Of a stretch of 51,558 nt of DNA, positions 28,377-39,059 are shown piece by piece. The DNA is from Flavobacterium sp. (GTDB taxonomy: Bacteria; Bacteroidota; Bacteroidia; Flavobacteriales; Flavobacteriaceae), in NCBI GenBank assembly GCA_044231345.1, contig JBIHZQ010000001.1:1-51558 (forward strand), in the 5' to 3' direction. The position numbers and the translations under genes are program-made. The stretch's first letter is position 1. Each line of letters opens with the position of its first letter. The notes under the pieces were generated by a model that was not told the DNA's origin, did not search any database, and worked only from the letters and a program-made list of their open reading frames with translations.

Positions 28377-29306
28377 CTACTTTATTTTAATTAATAGTTC
28401 AGGTATTTTTTTAATGTTAGCTAATTGTTTCAATTTTTCTCTTGACTCTTCAATTGGTGTTCCAAAGTAAGTCTTACCACCTTCCACCGATTTCGTCACT
28501 CCAGTTTGTCCAAGAATGATCGCTTTTTTTCCTATAGTAATACCACTTGTGGTTCCTACTTGTCCCCAAATTGTCACTTCGTCCTCAATAATAACACAAC
28601 CTGCAATACCAGTTTGAGAAGCTATTAGACATTTCTTTCCAATTACTGTGTCATGTCCAACGTGCACTTGATTGTCAATTTTAGTTCCTTCTCCAATAAT
28701 AGTATCTCCAGAAACTCCTCTATCAATAGTACATAAAGCACCAATACCCACATGATCTTTCACCACAACTCGACCTCCAGAAATCAATTGATCATAGCCT
28801 TCGTCACGTTTTTTATAATAAAAAGCATCAGCCCCTAAAATCGAACCAGAATGTATGATTACATTATCACCAATTAAAGTATGGTCATATATAGAGACAT
28901 TAGAATGAATTAAACAATTTTTACCAATAACAACATTATTTCCAATAAAACTATTTGGCTGAATAACAGTTCCTTCTCCTATTTTAGCTGAAGTAGCAAT
29001 TGAACAATTTGAAACCTGAAAAGGTCTAAAATACTTAGTCAATTTATTAAAATCACGAAACGGATCTTCTGAAATCAAAAGGGCTTTTCCTGCGGGGCAA
29101 TCCACTATTTTATTAATTAATATTATTGTAGCAGCAGATTGTAATGCCTTGTTATAATACTTTGGATGGTCTACAAAAACAATATCCCCCTCCTCGACTA
29201 CATGAATTTCGTTCATTCCAGTTATAGGAAAAGTAGCTTCGCCAATAAATTCACAATTAATAATTGCAGCTATTTCGTGTAATAGGTAGGTTTTTGAGAA
29301 TTTCAT
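28377..29306 (-). CDS. lpxD: Second LpxD-like N-acyltransferase
   Basis: LpxD N-domain plus hexapeptide repeats; [23 protein letters not shown]. Confidence 0.8.
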   Translation of the reverse strand: MKFSKTYLLHEIAAIINCEFIGEATFPITGMNEIHVVEEGDIVFVDHPKYYNKALQSAATIILINKIVDCPAGKALLISEDPFRDFNKLTKYFRPFQVSNCSIATSAKIGEGTVIQPNSFIGNNVVIGKNCLIHSNVSIYDHTLIGDNVIIHSGSILGADAFYYKKRDEGYDQLISGGRVVVKDHVGIGALCTIDRGVSGDTIIGEGTKIDNQVHVGHDTVIGKKCLIASQTGIAGCVIIEDEVTIWGQVGTTSGITIGKKAIILGQTGVTKSVEGGKTYFGTPIEESREKLKQLANIKKIPELLIKIK

Positions 29307-29360
29307 TAATTTAGGTTAACTCTTTCAATTATTATTTTTTGATTTAGGCAAAATTCAATA

Positions 29361-29924
29361 TTATTTTACCCTCTCCATATATGATCCTGAGGCAGTATCT
29401 ATTTTAATTTTATCTCCTTCATTGATAAACAAAGGCACGTTTACCACTGCGCCCGTTTCAACAGTTGCTGGTTTGGTAGCATTGGTTGAAGTATTTCCTT
29501 TTACCCCTGGCTCTGAATAAGTAACTTCTAGAACAACAGATGCAGGCATGTCTACCGATAAAGGTAAATCAGTTTCTGTATTAATACTAATCATAACATT
29601 TTCGCCTTCTTTCAATAAATCTGGGGAATCTAGAATTTCTTTGTTAAGAGAAATTTGCTCAAAAGTTTCCACGTTCATAAAATGGAATAAATTTCCTTCT
29701 GGATATAAAAATTGAAATTTGTGATTTTCAACTCTTATTTCTTCGATTTTATGTCCTGCTGAAAAAGTATTATCCAACACTTTACCATTAGTAAGACTTT
29801 TTAATTTTGTTCTTACAAAAGCAGGACCTTTTCCAGGTTTTACGTGAAGAAACTCAATTATTTTATATATATCATTGTTGAATTTGATACACAATCCGTT
29901 TTTAATATCTGATGTAGATGCCAT
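29361..29924 (-). CDS. efp: Elongation factor P
   Basis: HVKPGKGPAFVRTKLK, PGVKGNT, ETGA, VPLFI. Confidence 0.98.
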   Translation of the reverse strand: MASTSDIKNGLCIKFNNDIYKIIEFLHVKPGKGPAFVRTKLKSLTNGKVLDNTFSAGHKIEEIRVENHKFQFLYPEGNLFHFMNVETFEQISLNKEILDSPDLLKEGENVMISINTETDLPLSVDMPASVVLEVTYSEPGVKGNTSTNATKPATVETGAVVNVPLFINEGDKIKIDTASGSYMERVK

Positions 29925-29984
29925 TTTATTGATTTTAATTCGTTTACTATTTTTTAATTTTTATTTATTGCGTTAACCTGTTGG

Positions 29985-30770
29985 TTAATAATTTCCCGTA
30001 TATCCTTTCATTACCCCTCTAGATGAATTTCTAATGAAATCAATAATTTCATCTCTTTCTGGAGTGGCCTCCATTTCAGCTTCAATAATCCCTAAAGCTT
30101 GAGTGGTATTATAATTTTTTTGATATAAGATTCTATATATTTCTTGAATTTCCCTGATTTTTTCTGTAGTAAATCCGCGACGTCTCAAGCCTACTGAATT
30201 AATTCCAACATAGGACAATGGTTCTTTAGCTGCTTTTGTAAATGGGGGAACATCTTTTCTAACTAAGGATCCTCCAGAAATCATCGCATGGTCTCCAATA
30301 TGAATGAACTGGTGAATTGCAGCTAATCCGCCAATAATGGCATACTTCCCAACCGTAACATGTCCTGCAAGTGCAACTCCATTAACAATTATTGCATTAT
30401 CTCCAATATGACAATCGTGAGCAATATGGGCGGTTGCCATTACCAAACAATTATTACCAATGGTAGTTTGACCTGATGCAATGGTACCTCTATTGATAGT
30501 AACGCACTCACGAATGGTCGAGTTATCCCCAATTATGGCAAGAGAATCTTCTCCACCGAATTTCAAATCTTGTGGAACTGCTGAAATTACAGCCCCTGGA
30601 AAGATATTACAATTTTTGCCTATTCTTGCTCCCTCCATAATTGTTACATTGGATCCAATCCAAGTACCATCGCCAATGACAACATTGTTATGGATGGTTG
30701 TAAAAGGCTCAATGACTACGTTTTTTGCGATTTTTGCTCCTGGATGGACGTATGCTAATGGTTGATTCAT
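29985..30770 (-). CDS. lpxA: UDP-N-acetylglucosamine O-acyltransferase
   Basis: PQDLKF, IRECVTINRGT, HIAHDC, IHQF. Confidence 0.97.
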   Translation of the reverse strand: MNQPLAYVHPGAKIAKNVVIEPFTTIHNNVVIGDGTWIGSNVTIMEGARIGKNCNIFPGAVISAVPQDLKFGGEDSLAIIGDNSTIRECVTINRGTIASGQTTIGNNCLVMATAHIAHDCHIGDNAIIVNGVALAGHVTVGKYAIIGGLAAIHQFIHIGDHAMISGGSLVRKDVPPFTKAAKEPLSYVGINSVGLRRRGFTTEKIREIQEIYRILYQKNYNTTQALGIIEAEMEATPERDEIIDFIRNSSRGVMKGYTGNY

Positions 30771-30833
30771 AGTTGTATTTTTTTCTTTTTTTATTGGTTA
30801 ATTGAAAAAACTATTAACCTATTCAATAAAAAA

Positions 30834-32222
30834 TTATTGTTTTTTTGAAATTTGAGCCATTAATTCTGCTTCTGCAACTAATCTCCCGTTAGCATAAGCA
30901 TGGGCTTGCATGTGACAAATACCTCTCCTTATTGCTGTAATTAATTCACATTTAAACGTTAAGGTATCACCTGGGAGTACTTTATGTTTGAACTTAACAT
31001 TATCAATTTTCATGAAATAAGTCAAGTAATTTTCAGGATCTGGAACAGTACTCAAAACAAGTATTCCACCCGTTTGCGCCATTGCCTCGACAATAATAAC
31101 GCCTGGCATTACTGGAGCTCCTGGAAAATGTCCAATAAAAAAACTTTCATTCATCGTCACGTTTTTCATACCAACAATGTGACTTTCAGACATTTCTATA
31201 ATTCTATCGATAAATAAAAAGGGAGGCCGATGTGGTAAAATACTCATTATTTTATGGATATCCATCAAAGGCTCTAAATTTAAATCATAAATAGGAACGT
31301 GATTTCTTTGTTCTATTTTAATAAGTTTAGCCATTTTTTTAGCAAATTGTGTATTTACAAAATGCCCTGGTTTATTGGCAATAACTTTACCTCTTATTCG
31401 GGTGCCAATTAATGCAAGATCTCCAATTACATCAAGTAATTTATGACGTGCTGCTTCGTTTGGATAATGCAACGTTAAATTATCTAAAATCCCATTTGGT
31501 TTGACACTAATCTCCTCTTTTCCGAAAGCGCGTTTTAAATTTTGCATTGTATTGTCTGATATTTCTTTATCTACATAAACAATAGCATTATTTAAATCAC
31601 CACCTTTAATTAATCCGTTATCTAATAGAGATTCTAATTCGTGTAAAAAACTAAAAGTTCTTGAATCTGCAATTTCTGATTTAAAATCGGAAATACTTTT
31701 CATTGTTGCATTTTGCGTACCCAAAACTTTAGTCCCAAAATCAACCATAGTGGTCACTTGATAGTCGTCACAAGGCATTACAATAATTTCACTACCAGTA
31801 GTTTCGTCAGAGAAAGAAATCACCTCTTTTACTACATAGTATTTTCTGATGGCTTCTTGTTCAACTACTTCAGCCTTTTCAATAGCTTCAACGAAAAATT
31901 TTGAAGACCCATCCAAAATGGGCAATTCAGAAGAATCCAATTCTATTATTACATTATCTAAATCACAGCCAATTAATGCGGCTAGCACGTGCTCTGGAGT
32001 TTGTATTTTAACTCCTAATTTTTCTAAATTAGTCCCTCTTTGTGTATTTACAACATAATTTGCATCTGCCTCAATTACGGGCTGTCCCTCTAAGTCTACT
32101 CTTACAAAAGTAAAACCATTATTAATTGGAGCTGGTTTAAAAGTCATTGTAACTTCTTTTCCAGTATGCAATCCAACACCAGTTAATGAAATTTCGGCTT
32201 TGATGGTTGTCTGTTTAACCAT
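30834..32222 (-). CDS. lpxC: Bifunctional LpxC deacetylase / FabZ dehydratase
   Basis: GVGLHTG, TPEH, HKLLDVIGDL followed by LPHRPPFL, HFPGAPVMPGV..EAMAQ. Confidence 0.97.
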   Translation of the reverse strand: MVKQTTIKAEISLTGVGLHTGKEVTMTFKPAPINNGFTFVRVDLEGQPVIEADANYVVNTQRGTNLEKLGVKIQTPEHVLAALIGCDLDNVIIELDSSELPILDGSSKFFVEAIEKAEVVEQEAIRKYYVVKEVISFSDETTGSEIIVMPCDDYQVTTMVDFGTKVLGTQNATMKSISDFKSEIADSRTFSFLHELESLLDNGLIKGGDLNNAIVYVDKEISDNTMQNLKRAFGKEEISVKPNGILDNLTLHYPNEAARHKLLDVIGDLALIGTRIRGKVIANKPGHFVNTQFAKKMAKLIKIEQRNHVPIYDLNLEPLMDIHKIMSILPHRPPFLFIDRIIEMSESHIVGMKNVTMNESFFIGHFPGAPVMPGVIIVEAMAQTGGILVLSTVPDPENYLTYFMKIDNVKFKHKVLPGDTLTFKCELITAIRRGICHMQAHAYANGRLVAEAELMAQISKKQ

Positions 32223-33258
32223 TGTTTTTGCTTTTTAAAATTTTTATTTGTTTTTTCAATTCTTCCAATTCCGCCATAATTTTTGGGAAATTTTTAAAGT
32301 GCACATATGATTTACTAAAATCATTATAGCCAAAAGCTGGACTTCCTTGCAGAACTTCTCCGTCTTTTAGATTCCTTCCTACTCCTGATTGAGCCTGAAT
32401 TTTGACATTATTTCCAATTACAATATGCCCCGCAATTCCGACTTGTCCGCCAATCATGCAATTACTTCCAATTTTTGTCGAACCAGCAATTCCAGTTTGA
32501 GCAGCAATCACAGTATTTTCGCCAATTTCTACATTGTGTGCAACTTGAATCTGATTATCAAGCTTTACTCCTTTCCTAATAATTGTAGAACCCATCGTGG
32601 CCCTGTCAATTGTTGTGCAAGAACCAATATCAACATTGTCTTCAATAATTACGTTACCTATTTGTGGTATTTTACTGTAGGTTCCATCTTGATTTGGGGC
32701 AAAACCGAAACCATCTGATCCAATAATTGAACCCGAATGAATTTCGCAATTATTTCCTATTTCAGTTTCAGAATATATTTTAGTTCCTGCAAAAATAGTT
32801 ACATTATTACCAATAACTACATGATCCCCAATGAAACAATTTGGAAAAATCTTAACATTGGCTCCAATAGTTACATTAATTCCAATATAACTGAAACTCC
32901 CTAAATAAAAATCATCTCCATAGTTAACATTATCTGAAATTACTGAAGGGGTTTCAATACCAATTTTATTTCCTTTTGACTGGTGATAAAATTCTAATAA
33001 TTTAGAAAATGCTAAATATGCATCTTCCACTTTTATTAAAGTAGTAGCCACTTCTGATTCTAATGAAAACGAAGTATTAACCAAGGTTATAGTAGCTTTT
33101 GTAGTATAGATATAGTTATTATATTTTGGGTTTGAAAGAAAAGTTAAAGAACCCGCTACTCCCTCTTCAATTTTGGATAATTTATAAACTTCAGCATTAG
33201 GATTTCCTATTACTTCTCCATTTAATATCTCGGCTATTTGTGCTGCTGTAAATTTCAT
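32215..33258 (-). CDS. lpxD: UDP-3-O-acylglucosamine N-acyltransferase
   Basis: GSDGFGF, IPQIGNV, TIDRAT, KLDNQIQVAHNV; overlaps the lpxC start. Confidence 0.95.
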   Translation of the reverse strand: MKFTAAQIAEILNGEVIGNPNAEVYKLSKIEEGVAGSLTFLSNPKYNNYIYTTKATITLVNTSFSLESEVATTLIKVEDAYLAFSKLLEFYHQSKGNKIGIETPSVISDNVNYGDDFYLGSFSYIGINVTIGANVKIFPNCFIGDHVVIGNNVTIFAGTKIYSETEIGNNCEIHSGSIIGSDGFGFAPNQDGTYSKIPQIGNVIIEDNVDIGSCTTIDRATMGSTIIRKGVKLDNQIQVAHNVEIGENTVIAAQTGIAGSTKIGSNCMIGGQVGIAGHIVIGNNVKIQAQSGVGRNLKDGEVLQGSPAFGYNDFSKSYVHFKNFPKIMAELEELKKQIKILKSKNNG

Positions 33259-33288
33259 CTCCGCAAAAATATAAAAAATAGATTTTAA

Positions 33289-34527
33289 TTAGGATTTTTC
33301 CATGAGTTGTTTTGGAAAACAGATGTAATATTTAGTTACCGGTTTTGACAAATCCTTTAAATTCAATTGGTCTGATACTTGAGTAACGTCTTCTATGGTC
33401 TTGTCTTTTTTTAAAATCCGAATGGGTTCTGCTAATTTACTGTAAGCTTGATTTTTTATTTTCCCTTTAAACACAAAATAACTGGCTTCATGAATAGGAA
33501 TAGAATTCAACTTTGAAAATTCGTTGGTATAGAACGCTACTTTTTCTTTTGAAAACTTTTCGGAGCTTACTTTAATCTTTGGTAAATCTCTATTAATAAT
33601 CATTTTACTCAAAGAACTCAAAATAAAATCATCATGATACTGCCATGATTTTAAAGCACTTACGATATCATAGTCGTCTAATCTAGAAAACTTTTCGACT
33701 ACTTCTGCATTGAAATCAGATAAGCTGACCTTGTTTTCCATAAAATACTTCAACGCCGGACTGCTAAATAATTGATTTCCTTTTTGGGTTAATTCTTTGG
33801 CGCGTTTTAATACTTTTGTTAATATTAATTCAGCTACAAGACTTGTTTTGTGTAAATAGGCTTGCCAATACATTAAACGTCTAGCCATTAAGAATTTTTC
33901 AACAGAATAGATTCCTTTTTCTTCAATTACCAATACATCATCAACCACATTCATCATCTGAATTAATCGATCAGAATTGATATTTCCCTCCGCCACTCCT
34001 GAATAAAAACTATCTCTTTTTAAGTAATCCATCCGATCCATATCCAATTGACTGGAAACCAATTGTAATAAAAATTTTCTATGATATTCTCCTTTGAAAA
34101 TTTGAATTGCTAAACTCAATTGTCCGTCAAATTCTATATTCAATTGATTCATAAACAATAACGAAATTGATTCATGGTGCACTTCCTCAACAATGCTATG
34201 CTCCATTGCATGTGAAAAAGGACCGTGTCCAATATCGTGTAATAGAATGGCAATTAGTAACGCATTTTCTTCTTCAATGGATATTTCAGTGCCTTTAAAA
34301 CGAATAACTTCAATGGCTTTTTGCATGATGTGCATACATCCAAGTGCATGATGAAAACGGGTATGATGAGCTCCAGGATATACTAAATAGGACAATCCCA
34401 TTTGAGAAATTCTACGCAATCTTTGAAAATAAGGATGCTGTACTAAATCATATACTATTTCATTGGGTAAAGTAATGAAGCCGTATATTGGGTCATTAAA
34501 AATCTTTAATTTATTAATTTCACTCAC
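33289..34527 (-). CDS. HD-domain phosphohydrolase (dNTPase/SAMHD1-like)
   Basis: DPIYG, FQRLRRISQMG, HTRFHHALG, LHDIGHGPFSH, DMDRMDYL; likely GTG start at 34527. Confidence 0.9.
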   Translation of the reverse strand: MSEINKLKIFNDPIYGFITLPNEIVYDLVQHPYFQRLRRISQMGLSYLVYPGAHHTRFHHALGCMHIMQKAIEVIRFKGTEISIEEENALLIAILLHDIGHGPFSHAMEHSIVEEVHHESISLLFMNQLNIEFDGQLSLAIQIFKGEYHRKFLLQLVSSQLDMDRMDYLKRDSFYSGVAEGNINSDRLIQMMNVVDDVLVIEEKGIYSVEKFLMARRLMYWQAYLHKTSLVAELILTKVLKRAKELTQKGNQLFSSPALKYFMENKVSLSDFNAEVVEKFSRLDDYDIVSALKSWQYHDDFILSSLSKMIINRDLPKIKVSSEKFSKEKVAFYTNEFSKLNSIPIHEASYFVFKGKIKNQAYSKLAEPIRILKKDKTIEDVTQVSDQLNLKDLSKPVTKYYICFPKQLMEKS

Positions 34528-34586
34528 TTTTTTCTGATTTTTTATAGAGGATTTTATTTGGAAATTGATTGCTGTTTTGGGGGTTA

Positions 34587-36626
34587 CTACCAAATTAAAA
34601 CTCTTAAATTATCAGATTGATACATCTTATTACCTGGTTTTACATTAAATGTTTTATAAAACTCTGGAATATTACTTAATGGTCCATTGATTCTAAATTT
34701 GGCTGGCGAATGAACATCGGTCATAATTTGAGAAGCTAGAGCTTCATCCTTTAAGTTAACCATCCAAGCATAACCATACGCTAAAAAGTACCGCTGATTG
34801 GGATTTAACCCACTAATCATCTGATTGCTTTTATATTGTTTTGTTTTCTTGAATGCTTCGTATCCCATAACAACACCACCTAAATCTGCAATGTTTTCTC
34901 CTTGAGTAGCATCACCATTAACATGTTTGTCTCCTAAAACTTTATAATTACTGTATTGCGAAACTATCAATTTGGTTTTTTCTTTAAACTTTTTTAAATC
35001 CTCAGGAGTCCACCAATTATTTAAATTTCCATTCTCATCGTATTGACTTCCTTGATCGTCAAAACCATGTGTAATTTCGTGACCAAAAGTAGAACCTCCA
35101 ATTATTCCGTATAAAATTGCATCATCTGGCATGCGTCCCTCATAACCTGGAACAAGAATATTACAAGCTGGCACCACAATTTCATTATTACTCGGATTAT
35201 AATATGCATTATACGTTTGCGGATTCATACTCCATTCATTTCTATCGACTGATTTTCCATATTTTGAAACCATGTACGAATATCCCCAACGGTTTGAGTT
35301 CATTACATTTCCACAATAAGATTTTCTGTCAATTGACAAATTACTCATGTCCTTCCAAGTATCAGGATAGCCCACTTTCATTACTATTTTACTTAATTTA
35401 TGTAAGGCTTTTTCTTTAGTTTTTGGACTCATCCAATCCAATTTTTTTATATGTTCTGCATATACATCTCTAATGTTATTGCCTATTTCTAAAAGCTTTT
35501 CTTTTGATCCTTTGGGCAAATATTCTGCCACATAAATCTGTCCTATTAGCTCTCCTAATGCATTATCCGTTTGCTCAACAACACGTTTCCAACGAGGCTT
35601 TTGCTTGGAAACTCCATTCAATTGTGTTGAATAAAATTTGAAATTTTGTTTTTCAATGTCCGAATTTAAATAAGACGCATACGTGTTCATCAAATCCCAT
35701 TTAAGATAAATTTTCCACTCTTCAATAGAATAGGTTTTAGTTAAAGTATTTAGTGCTCTATAAAATTCAGGCTGACCCACAATGACAGAATCCGCTTTTG
35801 AAACCCCAAGTGACGTCACAATTGATTTCCAATTCAAGTTGGGAGTTAATTTAGAAAAAGCACCAATCGACATTTTATTATAATTTTTTATTGGATCACG
35901 AAGTTCTTCTAATTTTCTAGAAGCTTTTGCTAAATCGGTTTCAAGACGAAGTATTGTAGTTGCATTTTTTGAAGCATCATCAGGAGATAATCCCATTAAT
36001 TCTAACATTTTATTCAAATGTTTAATGTATTCCTTTCGGATTAAAACGGTTTGTTCGTCGTTATTAAAATAATAATCCCTATCCCCAAGACCTAATCCGC
36101 CTTGACCAAAAAATAACGCATATTTAGTACTAATTTTATCATCCTGTGAAACATAAAATGAAAAAGCTGGGCTTGCGCCAATAGTATGAAGGTGTGCAAT
36201 TGCATCCATTAATGTTGAAACATCTTTAACTGTTTCAATGTGTTTGAATTCATTTTTTAATGGAGAAATTCCAGCTTTATTAATCGCAATCGTGTCCATT
36301 CCAGCGGCATAAAAATCTCCTATCTTTTGTTCATTACTTCCTTGAGCTGCTTTATTATTACTAGCTGATTTTATACAAATTTGTTTGATTTGATTATTGA
36401 TAGTGTCACCAATAGTTCTAAATATACCATTACTTCTCTCAGTAGTTGGAATTGGATTTGCTTTAAACCATCCTCCATTAGCATACATAAAAAAATCATC
36501 CGCTGGATTAACTGTGGTATCTCTATTGGTAACAAGTGGGTCAGAAAAAACAATTTCTTTTTTGTTGCAACTTATAAATTGAAACATAATCACTAGAACA
36601 ACCACTATTGTTTTTAAATTTTTCAT
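34587..36626 (-). CDS. M13 family zinc metallopeptidase, lipoprotein
   Basis: Lipobox FISC; NAYY, HEITHGFDDQG, GENIADLGG, HSP. Confidence 0.95.
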   Translation of the reverse strand: MKNLKTIVVVLVIMFQFISCNKKEIVFSDPLVTNRDTTVNPADDFFMYANGGWFKANPIPTTERSNGIFRTIGDTINNQIKQICIKSASNNKAAQGSNEQKIGDFYAAGMDTIAINKAGISPLKNEFKHIETVKDVSTLMDAIAHLHTIGASPAFSFYVSQDDKISTKYALFFGQGGLGLGDRDYYFNNDEQTVLIRKEYIKHLNKMLELMGLSPDDASKNATTILRLETDLAKASRKLEELRDPIKNYNKMSIGAFSKLTPNLNWKSIVTSLGVSKADSVIVGQPEFYRALNTLTKTYSIEEWKIYLKWDLMNTYASYLNSDIEKQNFKFYSTQLNGVSKQKPRWKRVVEQTDNALGELIGQIYVAEYLPKGSKEKLLEIGNNIRDVYAEHIKKLDWMSPKTKEKALHKLSKIVMKVGYPDTWKDMSNLSIDRKSYCGNVMNSNRWGYSYMVSKYGKSVDRNEWSMNPQTYNAYYNPSNNEIVVPACNILVPGYEGRMPDDAILYGIIGGSTFGHEITHGFDDQGSQYDENGNLNNWWTPEDLKKFKEKTKLIVSQYSNYKVLGDKHVNGDATQGENIADLGGVVMGYEAFKKTKQYKSNQMISGLNPNQRYFLAYGYAWMVNLKDEALASQIMTDVHSPAKFRINGPLSNIPEFYKTFNVKPGNKMYQSDNLRVLIW

Positions 36627-36938
36627 ATTTATTTAAAATTATTTTTTACTTAAAATAGATTCCAAATTTATAGATTTTTGTTGGTTTAACAGTATATAGA
36701 TTAGTAATTTGTTGAATATTAACTATTGATTTATTCAACTCATGAGCAATAAACTACCTTTTTTGTTTATTCTAAACTTGAACGGTTAGGTTCGAAAAAA
36801 CGATTGAAAAATAATTTAGTTGTAAGCAAATGAAAACTAAATATCGTATCGAAGGTTATAAAAAAATTACAATAATATTAAGAACTATCCGTTGAGATTA
36901 TAGTAATTTGGCAAAATTAATTTAGCAATAAATCGTTT

Positions 36939-38519
36939 ATGAATACAATTAAAATACTTTGGGTTGATGATGAAATTGATTTGTTAAAGCCCCATATTTT
37001 ATTTCTTGAAATGAAAAATTATCATGTTACAACCTGCAATAATGGGCGTGACGCTATTGATATATTTGATACTGGGAATTTCGATATCGTATTTTTAGAC
37101 GAAAACATGCCAGGGATGAGCGGACTAGAAACGTTATCTGAGATTAAAGAAAAAAAATCTTCTACTCCCGTAATTATGATTACAAAAAGTGAAGAGGAGT
37201 ACATAATGGAAGAAGCCATCGGATCAAAAATTGCAGACTACCTGATAAAGCCTGTGAACCCTAATCAAATATTATCAAGTTTAAAGAAAAACTTGGACCA
37301 TTCCAGATTAATTTCAGAAAAAACAACCTTAGATTATCAAAAAGAATTTCGCAAAATATCGATGGAAATGGCCATGGTTACTACTTTTGATGATTGGTCA
37401 GAACTGTATAAAAAACTATTGTTTTGGGAATTAGAATTAGAAAATATTAACGACCAAAGCATGAGTAGTATTTTAGAATCTCAAAAAGCTGAGGCTAACT
37501 CTCAATTTGGAAAATTTATTGAACGTAATTATGAAGATTGGTTTGCAATGCCAGTTCGCCAAAATTCTAAAGAAACAAAAGCTGAGAAACCCATACTTTC
37601 GCACAATTTATTTAGAGAATTAGTAGTGCCTGAATTGGTTAAAAAAGAAAAACCAATTCTATTTGTTGTTATCGATAATTTGCGTTATGATCAATGGAAA
37701 TCATTTGAAAGTGTTGTTAATCAATATTATAAACTAGAAAAGGAAGTCCCTTATTACGCCATTTTACCTACCGCCACACAATATGCTAGAAATGCCATTT
37801 TTTCTGGATTAACTCCTTTAGAAATGGAAAAACAACATCCACAATATTGGAAAAATGATGTGGAAGAAGGGGGTAAAAATTTATTTGAAGCAGAATTTTT
37901 GTCGGCTCACTTAAAACGATTAGGACTAAACATTAAACACGATTATTTTAAAATTACCAATATCAATTCAGGGAAAAAACTAGTTGAAAGTTTCAAAACA
38001 CTAAAAAACAATGATTTAGTAACTGTTGTTTATAATTTTGTCGACATGCTCTCTCATGCAAAAACCGAGATGGATGTGGTTAAAGAATTAGCTTCTGATG
38101 ATAAAGCATATCGCTCTTTAACCCTGAGTTGGTTTAAAAATTCTCCTTTATTAGAAATTATTCAACAAGCTCAAAAAATGGGCTTTAAATTGATTTTAAC
38201 AACCGATCATGGAACTATCAACGTAAAAAATCCATCAAAAGTGATTGGCGATAAAAACACCAGTTTAAATTTAAGATACAAAACAGGGCGCAGTCTTAGT
38301 TACGAGGACAAAGATGTATATTCCGTTAAAGACCCTAAAAAAATTGGATTACCTTCAATAAATATGAGCAGCTCCTATATATTTGCTAAGAATGAATTAT
38401 TTTTGGCCTATGTTAACAACTACAATCATTACGTTAGTTATTATCGAAACACCTACCAACACGGAGGTATTTCGCTAGAAGAAATGATTGTGCCGTTTTT
38501 AATTTTCAATCCAAAATAG
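36939..38519 (+). CDS. porX: PorX-type response regulator (receiver + PglZ/alkaline phosphatase domain)
   Basis: ILWVDDE, FLDENMPG, IDNLRYDQW, PTATQYARN, TTDHG, YQHGGIS; followed by tsaE. Confidence 0.92.
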   Translation: MNTIKILWVDDEIDLLKPHILFLEMKNYHVTTCNNGRDAIDIFDTGNFDIVFLDENMPGMSGLETLSEIKEKKSSTPVIMITKSEEEYIMEEAIGSKIADYLIKPVNPNQILSSLKKNLDHSRLISEKTTLDYQKEFRKISMEMAMVTTFDDWSELYKKLLFWELELENINDQSMSSILESQKAEANSQFGKFIERNYEDWFAMPVRQNSKETKAEKPILSHNLFRELVVPELVKKEKPILFVVIDNLRYDQWKSFESVVNQYYKLEKEVPYYAILPTATQYARNAIFSGLTPLEMEKQHPQYWKNDVEEGGKNLFEAEFLSAHLKRLGLNIKHDYFKITNINSGKKLVESFKTLKNNDLVTVVYNFVDMLSHAKTEMDVVKELASDDKAYRSLTLSWFKNSPLLEIIQQAQKMGFKLILTTDHGTINVKNPSKVIGDKNTSLNLRYKTGRSLSYEDKDVYSVKDPKKIGLPSINMSSSYIFAKNELFLAYVNNYNHYVSYYRNTYQHGGISLEEMIVPFLIFNPK

Positions 38520-38543
38520 TAAAATAAATACGAGACTTGTAAT

Positions 38544-38960
38544 ATGGAACTTATTTTTTCAGTTGATGAAATCCAAGATAATGCTAAAAAAATAGCACAA
38601 CAAAAACTTCCCAAAATCATAGTATTTGACGGGAAAATGGGTGCTGGAAAAACTACATTAATCAAACATATTGTAGCCGAATTGGGAGTAATAGACACCA
38701 TAAGTAGTCCAACTTTTTCTTTAGTTAATGAATACCAAACCAGTGAAAATAAAACAATTTATCATTTTGATTTGTACCGATTAAAAAATCAAATTGAAGC
38801 ATTTGACATGGGCATTGAGGATTACCTCTATTCTGGAAATCAATGCTTTATTGAATGGCCAAACCTAATTAGTGATTTAATTCCAAAAAACCATGCTGTT
38901 ATTTCTATTGAAGTTTTAGAGGACCAAAGAAGACGTATTATACTAAAATTATCAGAATAA
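38544..38960 (+). CDS. tsaE: tRNA t6A biosynthesis ATPase TsaE
   Basis: GKMGAGKTT, SSPTFSLVNEY, HFDLYRL, IEW. Confidence 0.96.
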   Translation: MELIFSVDEIQDNAKKIAQQKLPKIIVFDGKMGAGKTTLIKHIVAELGVIDTISSPTFSLVNEYQTSENKTIYHFDLYRLKNQIEAFDMGIEDYLYSGNQCFIEWPNLISDLIPKNHAVISIEVLEDQRRRIILKLSE

Positions 38961-39059
38961 CAAAGAGGAATGCAGTATATAAAAAATACCGATTAACGAT
39001 AGAACGTATTTTTTATTAAAAAAATTCATAAATTGTGCCAATAAAAATCTAAACATAAG

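Noticed and set aside
30834-32222. LpxC-FabZ fusion as a novelty
   Set aside because: Standard in Bacteroidota
36939-38519. PglZ domain as a sign of BREX
   Set aside because: It is fused to a receiver domain and followed by tsaE, which is the PorX arrangement; no brx genes present
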